Below, in pieces: positions 9,159 through 19,039 of a stretch of DNA of 20,233 nt. The DNA comes from Octopus sinensis (lineage: Eukaryota). Every line of letters begins with the position of its first letter. Within the stretch, counting starts at the first letter, position 1. The notes under the pieces were generated by a model, which was given only the letters and a program-made list of their open reading frames with translations, ran no database searches and was not told the DNA's origin. The stretch is taken from NCBI RefSeq assembly GCF_006345805.1, contig NW_021824140.1, positions 1 through 20,233 on the forward strand, read 5' to 3'. A program made the position numbers and the translations under genes.

Positions 9159-11595
9159 TCAGGCCATAACCCGTGGCCCCTGCCTGGGACGTAGTCAGTC
9201 CCGTGCATACCTTCCTTCTTGTGACACTTATGAAGACCTGTTGAGGCAAGTGAAAATCAAATCAAATCAAAACAAATCAAAATAGATGAACATCAGTGGA
9301 ATTGTATTCTTTGTGGTACCAGTGCCGGTGGCACACAAGAAAACCACCCAAACGTGGCCGTAGCCAGTACCGCATCGACTGGCCTCCGTGCTGTGGGCAC
9401 AACAAACACCATCCGATCGTGGCCGTCCGCCAGCCTCATCTGGCACCTGTGCCGGTGGCACATAAAGACACCATCCGAAGACCCGGCGACGTAGTCAGTC
9501 CACCTGTGCATACCTTCCCTCTTGTGACACTTGTGAAGACCTGTTGAGGCAGAGGCAAGTGTGTGACACTTGTGGAGACCTGTTGAGGCAAGTGTGTGAC
9601 CCTTGTGAAGACCTGTTGAGGCAAGGGAAAATCAAACCAAATCAAATAGATGAATATCAATGGAATTTGTATCTTTGTGGTTCCAGTACCGGTGGCACAC
9701 AAGAAAACCATCCGAACGTGGCCGTAGCCAGTACCGCATCGACTGGCTGGCCTCGGTGCTGTGGGCACAACAAACACCATCTGATCGTGGCCGTTCGCCA
9801 GCCTCATCTGGCACCTGTGTCGGTGGCACATAAAAACACCATCCAAAGACCCGGCGACGGTAGTCAGTCCACCTGTGCATACCTTCCCTCTTATGACACT
9901 TGTGAAGACCTGTTGAGGCAGAGGCAAGTGTGTGACACTCTGTGAAGACCTGTTGAGGCAGAGGCAAGTGTGTGACACTTGTGGAGACCTGTTGAGGCAA
10001 GTGTGTGACACTTGTGAAGACCTGTTGAGGCAAGTGAAAATCAAACCAAATCAAAATAGATGAACATCAATGGAATTTGTATCTTTGTGGTTCCAGTACC
10101 GGTGGCACACAAGAAAACCATCCGATCGTGGCCGTTCGCCAGCCACATCTGGCACCTGTGTCGGTGGCACATAAAAACACCATCCGAAGACCCGGCGACG
10201 TAGTCAGTCCACCTGTGCATACCTTCCTACTTATGACACTTGTGAAGACCTGTTGAGGCAAGTGTGTGACACTTGTGTAGACCTGTTGAGGCAAGTGAAA
10301 ATCAAATCAAAATCAAATCAAATCAAAATCAAACCAAATCAAATAGATGAACATCAATGGAATTTGTATCTTTGTGGTACCAGTACCGGTGGCACACAAG
10401 AAAACCATCTGAACGTGGCCGTAGCCAGTACCGCATCGACTGGCCTCTGTGATGTGGGCACATAACAAACACCATCCGATCGTGGCCGTCCGCCAGCCTC
10501 ATCTGGCACCTGTGTCGGTGGCACATAAAAACACCAACCGAAGACCCGGCAAGACTAGTCAGGCCATAACCCGTGGCCCCTGCCTGGGACGTAGTCAGTC
10601 CACCTGTGCATACCTTCCTTCCTTCTTGTGACACTTGTGAAGACCTGTTGAGGCAAGTGAAAATCAAATCAAATCAAATCAAATCAAATCAAAATAGATG
10701 AACATCAATGGAATTTGTATCTTTGTGGTACCAGTGCCGGTGGCACACAAGAAAACCATCCGAACGTGGCAGTAGCCAGTACCGCATCGACTGGCCTCCG
10801 TGCTGTGGGCACGCGACAAACACCATCCGATCGTGGCCGTTCGCCAGCCTCATCTGGCACCTGTGTCGGTGGCACATAAAAACACCATCCGAAGACCCGG
10901 CAAGACTAGTCAGGCCATAACCCGTGGCCCCTACCTGGGACGTAGTCAGTCCACCTGTGCATACCTTCCTTCTTGTGACACTTGTGAAGACCTGTTGAGG
11001 CAAGTGAAAATCAAATCAAATCAAATCAAAACAAATCAAAATAGATGAACATAAATGGAATTTGTATCTTTGTGGTACAGTGCCGGTGGCACACAAGAAA
11101 ATCATCCGAACGTGGCCGTAGCCAGTACCGCATAGACTGGCCTCCGTGCTTTGGGGACGTAACAAACACCATCCGATCGTGGCCGTCCGCCAGCCTCATC
11201 TGGCACCTGTGTCGGTGGCACATAAAAACACCACCATCCGAGCGTGGCCGTCTGCCAGCCTCGTCTGGCACCTGTGTCGGTGGCACATAAAAACACCATC
11301 CGAGCGTGGCCGTTCGCCAGCCTCGTCTGGCACCTGTGTCGGTGGCACATAAAAACACCATCCGAGCGTGGCCGTTCGCCAGCCTCGTCTGGCACCTGTG
11401 TCGGTGGCACATAAAATCACCCACTACACTCTCGGAGTGGTTGGCGTTAGGAAGGGCATCCAGCTGTAGAAACACTGCCAGATCTGACTGGCCTGGTGCA
11501 GCCTTCGGGCTCCCCAGACCCCAGTTGAACCGTCCAACCCATGCTAGCATGGAAAACGGACGCTAAATGATGATGATGATGATGATGATGATGAT
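8706..11595 (+). mobile_element. 5'-truncated RTE-clade LINE with tandemly amplified 3' region and (GAT)n tail
   Basis: ORF remnant at 8706-9158, six 3'-region units starting at 9140, 9477, 9845, 10186, 10540 and 10891, and a terminal module at 11410-11595 ending in (GAT)n. TA repeats lie at both ends. Confidence 0.88.
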
Positions 11596-11602
11596 ATATA
11601 TA

Positions 11603-12367
11603 TCATCATCGTTTAACGTCAGTTTTCCATGCGAGCATGGGTTGGACAGTTCGACCGTCGTCTGGGAAGCCAGGAGGCTGCCCCAGGCTCCAATCTGATC
11701 AGGTATTGTCTCTACAGCTGGATGCCCTTCCTAACGCCAACCACTCTGAGTTTAGAGGGCGCTTCTTTCTTGCCACCAGCACAGGTACCCCAGGAGGTTG
11801 GCAGCGGCCACAATCGGTTGTTGCTTTTTATGTGCCCCCAGCACGGAAGCCAGTCAAGACGGCGGTGGCATCAGCCTCGTTGAGATGGTGTTTTGTATGT
11901 GCCACTGGCACGGGTATCACAACTACAATTTCCATTTGATTTTTATTTCGATGTTGATGTACTTGACTCAGTAGGTCTCCTCAAGCACAGCAGGTCACCC
12001 TACGATCCAAGGTAAGCACAGTAGGCCGTCCTGCGATCCAAGGTATTTTCGATGGGTTGGGGCTGTTATGTGAAGCTGGTGCAGGAAACAGCCTCACGTT
12101 ATTTGTCGTGTCTTCGCTGTCACAGCATATCTCCAGAGGTCTCGGTCTTTCGTCATTGCCTCTGTGAGGCCCAACGCTCGAAGATCAAGCTTGATCACCT
12201 CATTCCATGTCTTCCTGGGTCTACCTCTACCCCGGATACCTTCAACTGTTTGGGAGTGGCACTTCTTCGCACATCTCTCCTCATCCATCCGGAGTACATG
12301 ACTATACCAGCGCAAACTTCTTTCTTGCATGCCACATCCGATGCTTGTTATGTCCAGCATTTCTCTC
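11603..12367 (-). mobile_element. 5'-truncated RTE-clade LINE, second subfamily, tail-to-tail with the previous copy
   Basis: ORF remnant at 12367-12094, stem-loop at 11959-11988, degenerate 60-bp repeats, and the terminal module with ggttggcgttaggaagggcatccagctgtag and a (GAT)n tail. Confidence 0.88.
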
Positions 12368-12369
12368 AT
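12094..12369 (-). pseudogene. RTE LINE ORF C-terminal fragment
   Basis: LRWYSHVLRM...VEGIRGRGRPRKTWNEVIKLDL...DRDLWRYAV. About 55 of 90 residues are identical to 8706-9158 by manual count. Confidence 0.9.
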
Positions 12370-12400
12370 ATATATATATTATTTTATATATTATATATAT

Positions 12401-12759
12401 TCAATTCGAATCGAAATCCAATTGAACCAGCCAGAACCCCTGGTCTGGTGGTACGTAAAAAGCACTATCCGACTCGTGGCCGATGCCAGCACCGCCTCGA
12501 CTGGCTTCCGTGCCGGTTGCACGTAAAATGCACCAATCCGACCGTGGCCGTTGCCTCTCTCGCCTGGCACATGTGCAGGTGGCACGTAAAAAGCACCTAC
12601 TACACTCACGGAGTGGTTGGCGTTAGGAAGGGCATCCAGCTGTAGAAACATTGCCAGATAAGACTGGAGCCTGGTGCAGCCTTCTGGCTTCCCAGATCCC
12701 CGGTCGAACCGTCCAACCCATGCTAGCATGGAGAATGGACATTAAACAATGATGATGAT
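12401..12759 (+). mobile_element. 5'-truncated 3' module of the RTE-associated element
   Basis: Starts with an aatcgaaatc-like remnant, has three ~60-bp repeats, and ends in a terminal segment near-identical to 1003-1300 with a (GAT)n tail. Confidence 0.85.
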
Positions 12760-12835
12760 TTTATTTTATTTTATCTAGTTTCATCTCACGAGCTGTGCCA
12801 TGCTGGGGCACCACCATTCTGCTGGAGCACCGCCA
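12760..12835 (-). mobile_element. SINE 3' tail fragment related to family A
   Basis: The reverse complement reads ggcggtgctccagca...ggtggtgccccagcatggcacagctcgtgagatgaaactaga(taaaa)n. Confidence 0.6.
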
Positions 12836-13055
12836 TTATATATTATATATATAGATAGATAGATAGATTTATCTCTCTGTCTAAATGGAATAAGTATAAA
12901 AATGAATATTGTCAATTTAATTAAAAAGTTCCATATGTGGCTGAAGAGTGCTTTACATTTTAATCTGATGTAATACTTACATTGTTTAATTAAATGAAGT
13001 AGCATGAAACGATTGTACTACACTACCTTTGGATATCCTTGTTGCCTGTATTGAT

Positions 13056-13093
<38 letters not shown>
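13056..13093. repeat. (TA)n microsatellite
   Basis: Direct reading. Confidence 0.95.
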
Positions 13094-13096
<3 letters not shown>

Positions 13097-13552
13097 GACT
13101 CCGGCACTCGGGCCATTCGAGCTTAGCCCGAATATAAATATATATAGGTGGACGTGTATTTATAAGCTGATTTCATTTCTGCCAACACTGACTTCAAGTA
13201 TGTAATTGCAGCCAATAACTTGGGCTCCTTTTATGAGCCTGGTCGCTGTTGGTTTATTTTCGTTCACCGTCTGAGTCAGAAAATGTCATTCGTAGTAGAC
13301 GTTCTCTCGACATCGTTCACACGCGCCTGACTCGGGCTCAGAAGTTACAGCCCGAGTTGTTATCAATAATCGTAAAAATTAAAATTAATTCAAATACAAT
13401 ATTTTCTTGAAACTATAAATTTTTTGAGAGATTAATATTTAAATTCAAATCCATGAAAACTTTCCGTTCTGTAATATTCTTAAAGGAACGTTATATGAAA
13501 TTGTCACCCATAGTTATGACCCTAGAATCGATCTATTGCTTTTCAATCTGTT

Positions 13553-13593
13553 TTAGGGTTAGTTAGGGTTAGGATTAGGGGTGGGGGGAAGGG
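13553..13593 (+). repeat. Short degenerate telomere-like (TTAGGG) tract with G-runs
   Basis: ttagggttagttagggttaggattaggggtggggggaaggg. Confidence 0.7.
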
Positions 13594-14251
13594 TATCTTT
13601 TTTTCTTCAGAAATGTAAATAAACCCAATCTCTTTCTTAAACGAGGGACATATTCATACGGCACAGAATGTTTTTTTTACCTCAATAGACGTCATTGATT
13701 GGTTGAAATTGCAGAAATTGTAGAAAAAAACAACAAATATCTTACATACTATAGAATTTTCTCAATAAAGCCAAGAGAAAAAGATGTTTTATAAACACAT
13801 TCTACCAGTATACGAAGTTTAAAAGTGTTTAGTTACGTGGAAATTACTTTAAAAAACTGCCGTTCAAACAGAAAAGATCCGGAACGAAAATTTATCCAGC
13901 AACTCGGGCTAATAGGAACGAGCCTGGTAGGTGTAAAAGACAAACTGGCATCTCTTGTCAAGATTACAAGCGACAGTCAGATCGCTGATGTTTGCTTGTG
14001 CACTCCCCTGTCGTAATTTCATTGCTCTTACTCTGTGCATCTGTGCGCAAAGATCAGTTGTGTTTTGCAGGGTTGCTTTATTTTAATCTTTAACTTAGAA
14101 ACGGAGAAAGACATAGTGTTAGATGTGAAAAAAATAAGCCATTTGGGGCTAGAAATAAAGCGGGAAACGTGAAATTCTTCGAGTAGAAATGTGTCTTATA
14201 CGAAGACTGTGATGAGCCCGTGTGACGCTGATGACCTGGAATCGCCCCCTG

Positions 14252-14253
14252 AG

Positions 14254-14289
<36 letters not shown>

Positions 14290-14308
14290 ATTCATGAACG
14301 TATGCGCG

Positions 14309-14339
<31 letters not shown>

Positions 14340-14363
14340 ATTCATGAACGTGTGCGCGTATAT

Positions 14364-14422
<59 letters not shown>

Positions 14423-14472
14423 TTGTATTCATGAACGTATGCGCGTATATATATATATATGTGTGTGTGTGT
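14252..14472. repeat. Composite minisatellite: (TA)n(TG)n-tattcatgaacgtatgcgcg, three copies
   Basis: The core gtattcatgaacgt(a/g)tgcgcgta occurs near 14288, 14338 and 14425, separated by variable (TA)n(TG)n. Confidence 0.9.
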
Positions 14473-14802
14473 GGGTCCATAAAGACACACCCAATGGTTT
14501 TGATGTCACGATGGGAAGATCTGCTTCAGCACAAGTAGCTGATTTGGTCTGAATATATATACTTTCGGAAATGGCAGACCAGTTCCCAAACATCAATAGA
14601 GGTCGATATCTTGATGATTGTTTACTTTAGCTCCAAAATGTTTCTGACCAAAAAGTACAAAAGGTTAAGAATAGTTTAGTTAAGTTGTTTTTTTGCCGTA
14701 GAATGGGCTTAGGCATTGTCTTTAGGATGATGTAACGAAAGCCATCTTTAAATGAAAAACAGTGGAAAAAACGATGACTTTTTCAGTTTTTTAAATCTTC
14801 AG

Positions 14803-14844
14803 TTTCTGGAAGAAATCTCTTTGAAAGTTATTTTGGACTCGAAG
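14803..14844 (+). other. Candidate 42-nt exon
   Basis: Pyrimidine-rich acceptor tttttcagttttttaaatcttcag| and consensus donor aag|gtaagt. Open in phase 0 (FLEEISLKVILDSK). No homology support. Confidence 0.25.
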
Positions 14845-15182
14845 GTAAGTGAATTAATTTTTGATTTTTTCGTATGACTAGTGATTTTTCGATATATAAC
14901 ATGAACAGTTAGTTCATATGTACGTAGCAGTCAGGTCACTTTCGAGTGCTATTGGTAACATGTAACCCAATACCAGCTTGCTTGGTGAGGAGGGTGTTTA
15001 TTGGACACCCTGCAGGATGAAAAACAAAACCCGTCAAAGGGCGGAGGACCTCTTGAGAGTCAACGCCCATCCAATAAATGTTAGCACGGGTACGCAGAAA
15101 TTCCGGGATGGTGTCCGGCGTGCTGAAAGACCACTGGGAGTGAGGCGCCCCTCACCTTTTGTTAAAGCAAGTCTCTTTACCG

Positions 15183-15372
15183 CCAGTTGACAACCAGTGT
15201 TGGTGTGTTTACATTCCCCATAACTTTGAGGTTTGGTGCAAAGGAGACCAATAGAATAAGTACCAGACCTTAAAAACAATTGTTCGACTAAAACCCTTCT
15301 TATCTCTCTCTCTCTCATATTCCATATGCCCCAGCATAGCTACAGTCAAATGACTAAAGTAAAATATAAAAG
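15183..15372 (+). mobile_element. Right half of SINE family A, diverged
   Basis: ttgacaaccagtgttggtgtgtttacattcccc...gagaccaatagaataagtacc...ccccagcatagctacagtcaaatgact matches 3131-3296. Confidence 0.8.
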
Positions 15373-15419
15373 GTATATATATAGGAATTGAAACCCATTC
15401 CTGGTGCAGTTTTGCCTTC

Positions 15420-15522
15420 AGGCAATGGCGACCACGGTGGAATTTGAACACAGAACGTAGCGGCAGATGAAATACCGCTAAGCATTTCGCCCGGCGTGCT
15501 AACGTTTCTGCCAGCACGCCAC
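15420..15522 (-). mobile_element. 5' head of SINE family B
   Basis: The reverse complement ggcgtgctggcagaaacgttagcacgccgggcgaaatgcttagcggtatttcatctgccgctacgttctgtgttcaaattcc matches 7700-7790. Confidence 0.85.
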
Positions 15523-15679
15523 CTTCTTTCAGTTTCTGTCTACCAAATCCACTCCCAAGGCTGTGCTTGGTCTCAGGATGTAGTAGAAGACACTTGCCCA
15601 AGGTGCCACACAGTGGGACTGAACCCAGGATCATATGAGTGGGAAGCCAACTTCCCAACCACAAAGCCACACCTGCACT
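15523..15679 (-). mobile_element. Left half (tRNA head + CORE-like part) of SINE family A
   Basis: The reverse complement gcaggtgtggctttgtgg...gggttcagtcccactgtgtggcaccttgggcaagtgtcttct...gagtggatttggtagacagaaactgaaagaag matches 2906-3054. Confidence 0.85.
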
Positions 15680-16239
15680 CATGGCTTCTAATAATTAATT
15701 AGCATTAAGAGATGCAAATTAATAAACTTTGGCCCAAACCATGACTAAAAGTTAACAAAATTCATTCAGTCTCCTTTCATCGCATCAACCATCGAATGAG
15801 AAACCATTTCGAAAGAAAGAAGAAAGCTTTTCAACTTTTATTGTTCTTTACTGTTTTTTTTTTATTTGTTTGTCTTTTTAATGAACTTATCTTTTGGTAT
15901 CTGAGGGGTTTTGGTCAAACTTCCGCCACTGCCATCACCAACACCACCAGTGAAAAGTACAGAAGTACAAGTCTGAATAAAATCAAATAAAACTCTGAAA
16001 TCAGTGCTCCAGTGTGGCCACAGTCTGATTGGAACCAGTTAAAAAATAAAAGGAAATGTCAGAAGTGAGTGATGTAGTCTTGACATGATCAGGTTCGGTG
16101 TGAGCATTCCGTTGTTAGAACCATGACTAATTAATTCAGAGTTCTGTATTAGTTTAAATAAGTCCATGGTGTTGAAGGTGACGTGGCGGAGGAGGACGTG
16201 TTTCTGAGCTCTGTTGAGTCATTGAGGGCTTTTATGGGT

Positions 16240-16355
16240 TACAAGCCAAGTGAGACCATAACCTCATGGCCTATGCCAGCGGGTGTAACCAGCCTACTTA
16301 TGCGTACCTTTCCTTCATTGGACACTAAACTCTGCTTGCAAAGACCTGTTGGGGC
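16240..16355 (+). mobile_element. Fragment of RTE 3' UTR (related subfamily)
   Basis: gaccataacctcatggcc...gcgtacctttccttc...cttgcaaagacctgttggggc is homologous to 9160-9248. Confidence 0.7.
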
Positions 16356-16495
16356 TCACTGTCCAAGGCTACGACCCCCCAATGAGCGCTATGGCGGCCA
16401 GGGCTCAGCTCGGCTATATACAAATATAGGTGTGTGTGTATGTGTATATATATATGTATATACAAATATATGTGTATATGTGTATGTTTATACGG

Positions 16496-17066
16496 TTTGG
16501 ATTTCTATTAACAACGACCACCTGCATGATTAGCAATAAAATAATTCGTTTTTTTTTGGTGGCTGGGTGTCAGAAAATTTGAACTAGTCTGCTGGGTTTA
16601 ACTTTTAGATTAGTCATGCGTTGCTAAAGAGGAGGGTAATTTAGATAAATTTTATAAAGGCAGTACAGTAGGCATAGGGCCCACTTTAATTCTACTACAC
16701 TTGCCTCTTATATACATGGTTTAAAGAGTAATGAGAAAAGATATTCTTTGGAATGGTCTGTTATTTTGAGGGACCCTTACTTCAGAGTAAATATAAATAA
16801 GTATAAGCTATGTGTTAAGGAATCCCTTCCATCCTTAAGTTTTTTGGGCCCAAAACTTTAAATTTGCTGAGGTGATCCCTTTCTGCAACCATAGGTTTTC
16901 ATCTACTCTTTGAAAGTGTATAGAAGTAAAAATGGTTGTAATAATATTGTATAGGCTTACGGGAATTTGAAACCGGCGCGTTTGAATTTCTATTAACAAC
17001 AACCACTTGCATGTTTAAGTAATGAAATAATGTTGTTTTTCTTTTGTGGGTCTTAGAAAATTTGAA
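16496..17066. repeat. Pair of ~87-bp diverged direct repeats (16496-16583 and 16981-17066)
   Basis: Both read tttg(g/a)atttctattaacaac(g/a)accac(c/t)tgcatg...aaataat...agaaaatttgaa. Confidence 0.8.
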
Positions 17067-17176
17067 TAGCATTGTCGATGCGAGTTGTGCATTGTTGTAC
17101 TTTGGATACTGTTATATTTTGAGATTTGTTAATTGTTGTTATTGTTGTTTCTTTTTCTTCCCCATTTTTGGGTGAA

Positions 17177-18430
17177 ATGGAGGAACAACGAATAGGCAGT
17201 ACGCCGCGGTGGCGGGCAAAAGCCTGCCAGCTGACATTCTGCGATTGAAAGAATTGGTGTTGGAGCAGAAGGATTTCGAAAGTACAAGGATTATTTAAAA
17301 AAGAGGAGACTGCCTTAGGCTGATACCCCGGGGAGAAGCGATGAAAAGCAGAGAGGAAATAATAATATACAGAATGCTGGATGTAGAAACAAAAGAGTGG
17401 AAGTAGCAGATGAATGCCTGAGCGAAGTGAAGGGAGTTAACGACGGTTTATACTCGGGGGAGGAAGTACGGCACGGTGGAGGTTCACTTCGTGAACGAGG
17501 AGGAAACGAAAAAGTACTCCACGATGCTGTTGAGATCAGCCAGGTGGGCACTTTTGCCAACCTAATGTGGTAAAAGAGTGGCAAGAGTACAGATAGGGAG
17601 AGTGCCACCCAAAAAAGAGGAGGAATGGCTGTTGGAAGCTATCCTGTACAACTGTGAGGAGGAGACCAAGATTATCAAGGTGGCAAAATTGGCTGAGATA
17701 AACTGATGGAGATTTAGACTGTAAATCTTGGTCCATATAACCCTGCCTGACTTGCACAAGATAGCAGAGGAGTTGGTGCTCCCCGATGACACCCGGCTGA
17801 GAATTGTGGTGGAGGAGAAGCCTCCAATATGTTATAATTGCGGTACAAGAGGACACATGAAGGCAAGGTGTCCCCAGAGACGAGGAAAGAACGGAGAACT
17901 AAGCAGAGGTGGAGGAAGTAATAGTGGTGGAGGAAAAGGAGGAGGAAATAGGGGGCAGAAAAAGAACAAGTGCGGAGTCACCGCCCAAAACTGAAAAAGA
18001 AGAAAAAAGCGGTAAAAGTACAAGAGAAAAAATTAGTAGAGAAAAGAGACGAGTGTTAATCGAACCCCAGAGCCAACAACAAGAAGGAGAGAAGAAATAG
18101 ACAAAGAGGAGTAATATGAGGAGTGGAAAGGGGAAGTAAGGAGGAGAATGGAATATGTGAGGCAAAGAAAGCAGCCGACTGAATGATGATAATTTACGAT
18201 AAGATTGTGTGAATTGAGGAAAAGATTGCAAAGGTGAAGAATTTAATAAGAGTAAGACTGGATGAAGAGGTGTTTGGTAGCGAGGAAAGAGCAGTACTGT
18301 TGGAGAGAGAGAGAGTCGAGAAATTGACGGAATTGTTTGGAACAAGAATAAGGAAAACTGGACTGTACATTTCAAAGAAAGCAACGAGAATGAAATTCTT
18401 TGAAAAACCAAAAAAGAAAAAACAAATAAG
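17177..18430 (+). pseudogene. Decayed non-LTR retrotransposon ORF1 (gag-like, CCHC zinc knuckle)
   Basis: N-terminal YAAVAGK motif. The main frame reads RKYGTVEVHF...LLPT*CGKRVARVQIGRVPP...LRIVVEEKPPICYNCGTRGHMKARCP, with CX2CX4HX4C at 17830-17871 and stops at 17563, 17704 and 17722. A purine-rich charged tail with frameshifts follows. Boundaries are approximate. Confidence 0.75.
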
Positions 18431-19039
18431 AAAGTTTTTTTCTAGAATATTGTTTACTTTAATATTTGTGTCTTTGTGAAATAGATGTTGGTTGGATTAT
18501 GTTCTTCATTATCTTTGTATTAATGGCGGTGGAGAAGGATGGCGTTCCAGTGTCTTTTGTTTATTTTAACTCATAAAATTATGTGTAATTAAAATTACTT
18601 CATCCGTAAATGAAGGATTTAAAAATATCCTTCCTCCCCCCCCCATCCGCATCCACTGTAATACTCCAATATAAATATGTTTAATAGGTAATTCCAGCCT
18701 GAAGAATTCAATGTTATATAATAATGATAAGTCATTAAAGGCATCATTATGAAAACATATTCAAAATTTGGTTATTAATAACCAAATAATAGAAACCGAT
18801 TGACAAGATGAGACATTTCAAATAGATTTTTTATAATGAACTGCTGTCAAATGTAAATAAAGGAAATGTTAACACAGGAGATAATGACTGCGAACAATCT
18901 GCTAATTAAAGTGCAATTAGCAACATGGGTGATGGTTTAATTAGCAACACTCACTGGTAAAGAAAAACAGGGATTACCTCTTGCCTTTCAACTCCATCCA
19001 AGCATGTTCCATGCATTAAATACCTGCCAGTTGTTACTT

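Noticed and set aside
9267-12729. Many overlapping 60-200 aa ORFs on both strands
   Set aside because: They are translations of non-coding tandem 3' UTR repeats. Only 12094-12369 has recognisable RTE motifs.
13553-13593. True telomere or chromosome fusion site
   Set aside because: Only about four degenerate units in one orientation.
14209-14252. C/D box snoRNA (gtgatga...ctga) or hammerhead (ctgatga at 14228)
   Set aside because: Only about 44 nt between boxes, no terminal stem, and no stem II-GAAA after ctgatga.
17830-17871. LTR retrotransposon gag
   Set aside because: No LTRs, PBS, protease or integrase seen. The YAAVA start and the knuckle context fit non-LTR ORF1 better, though this is not proven.
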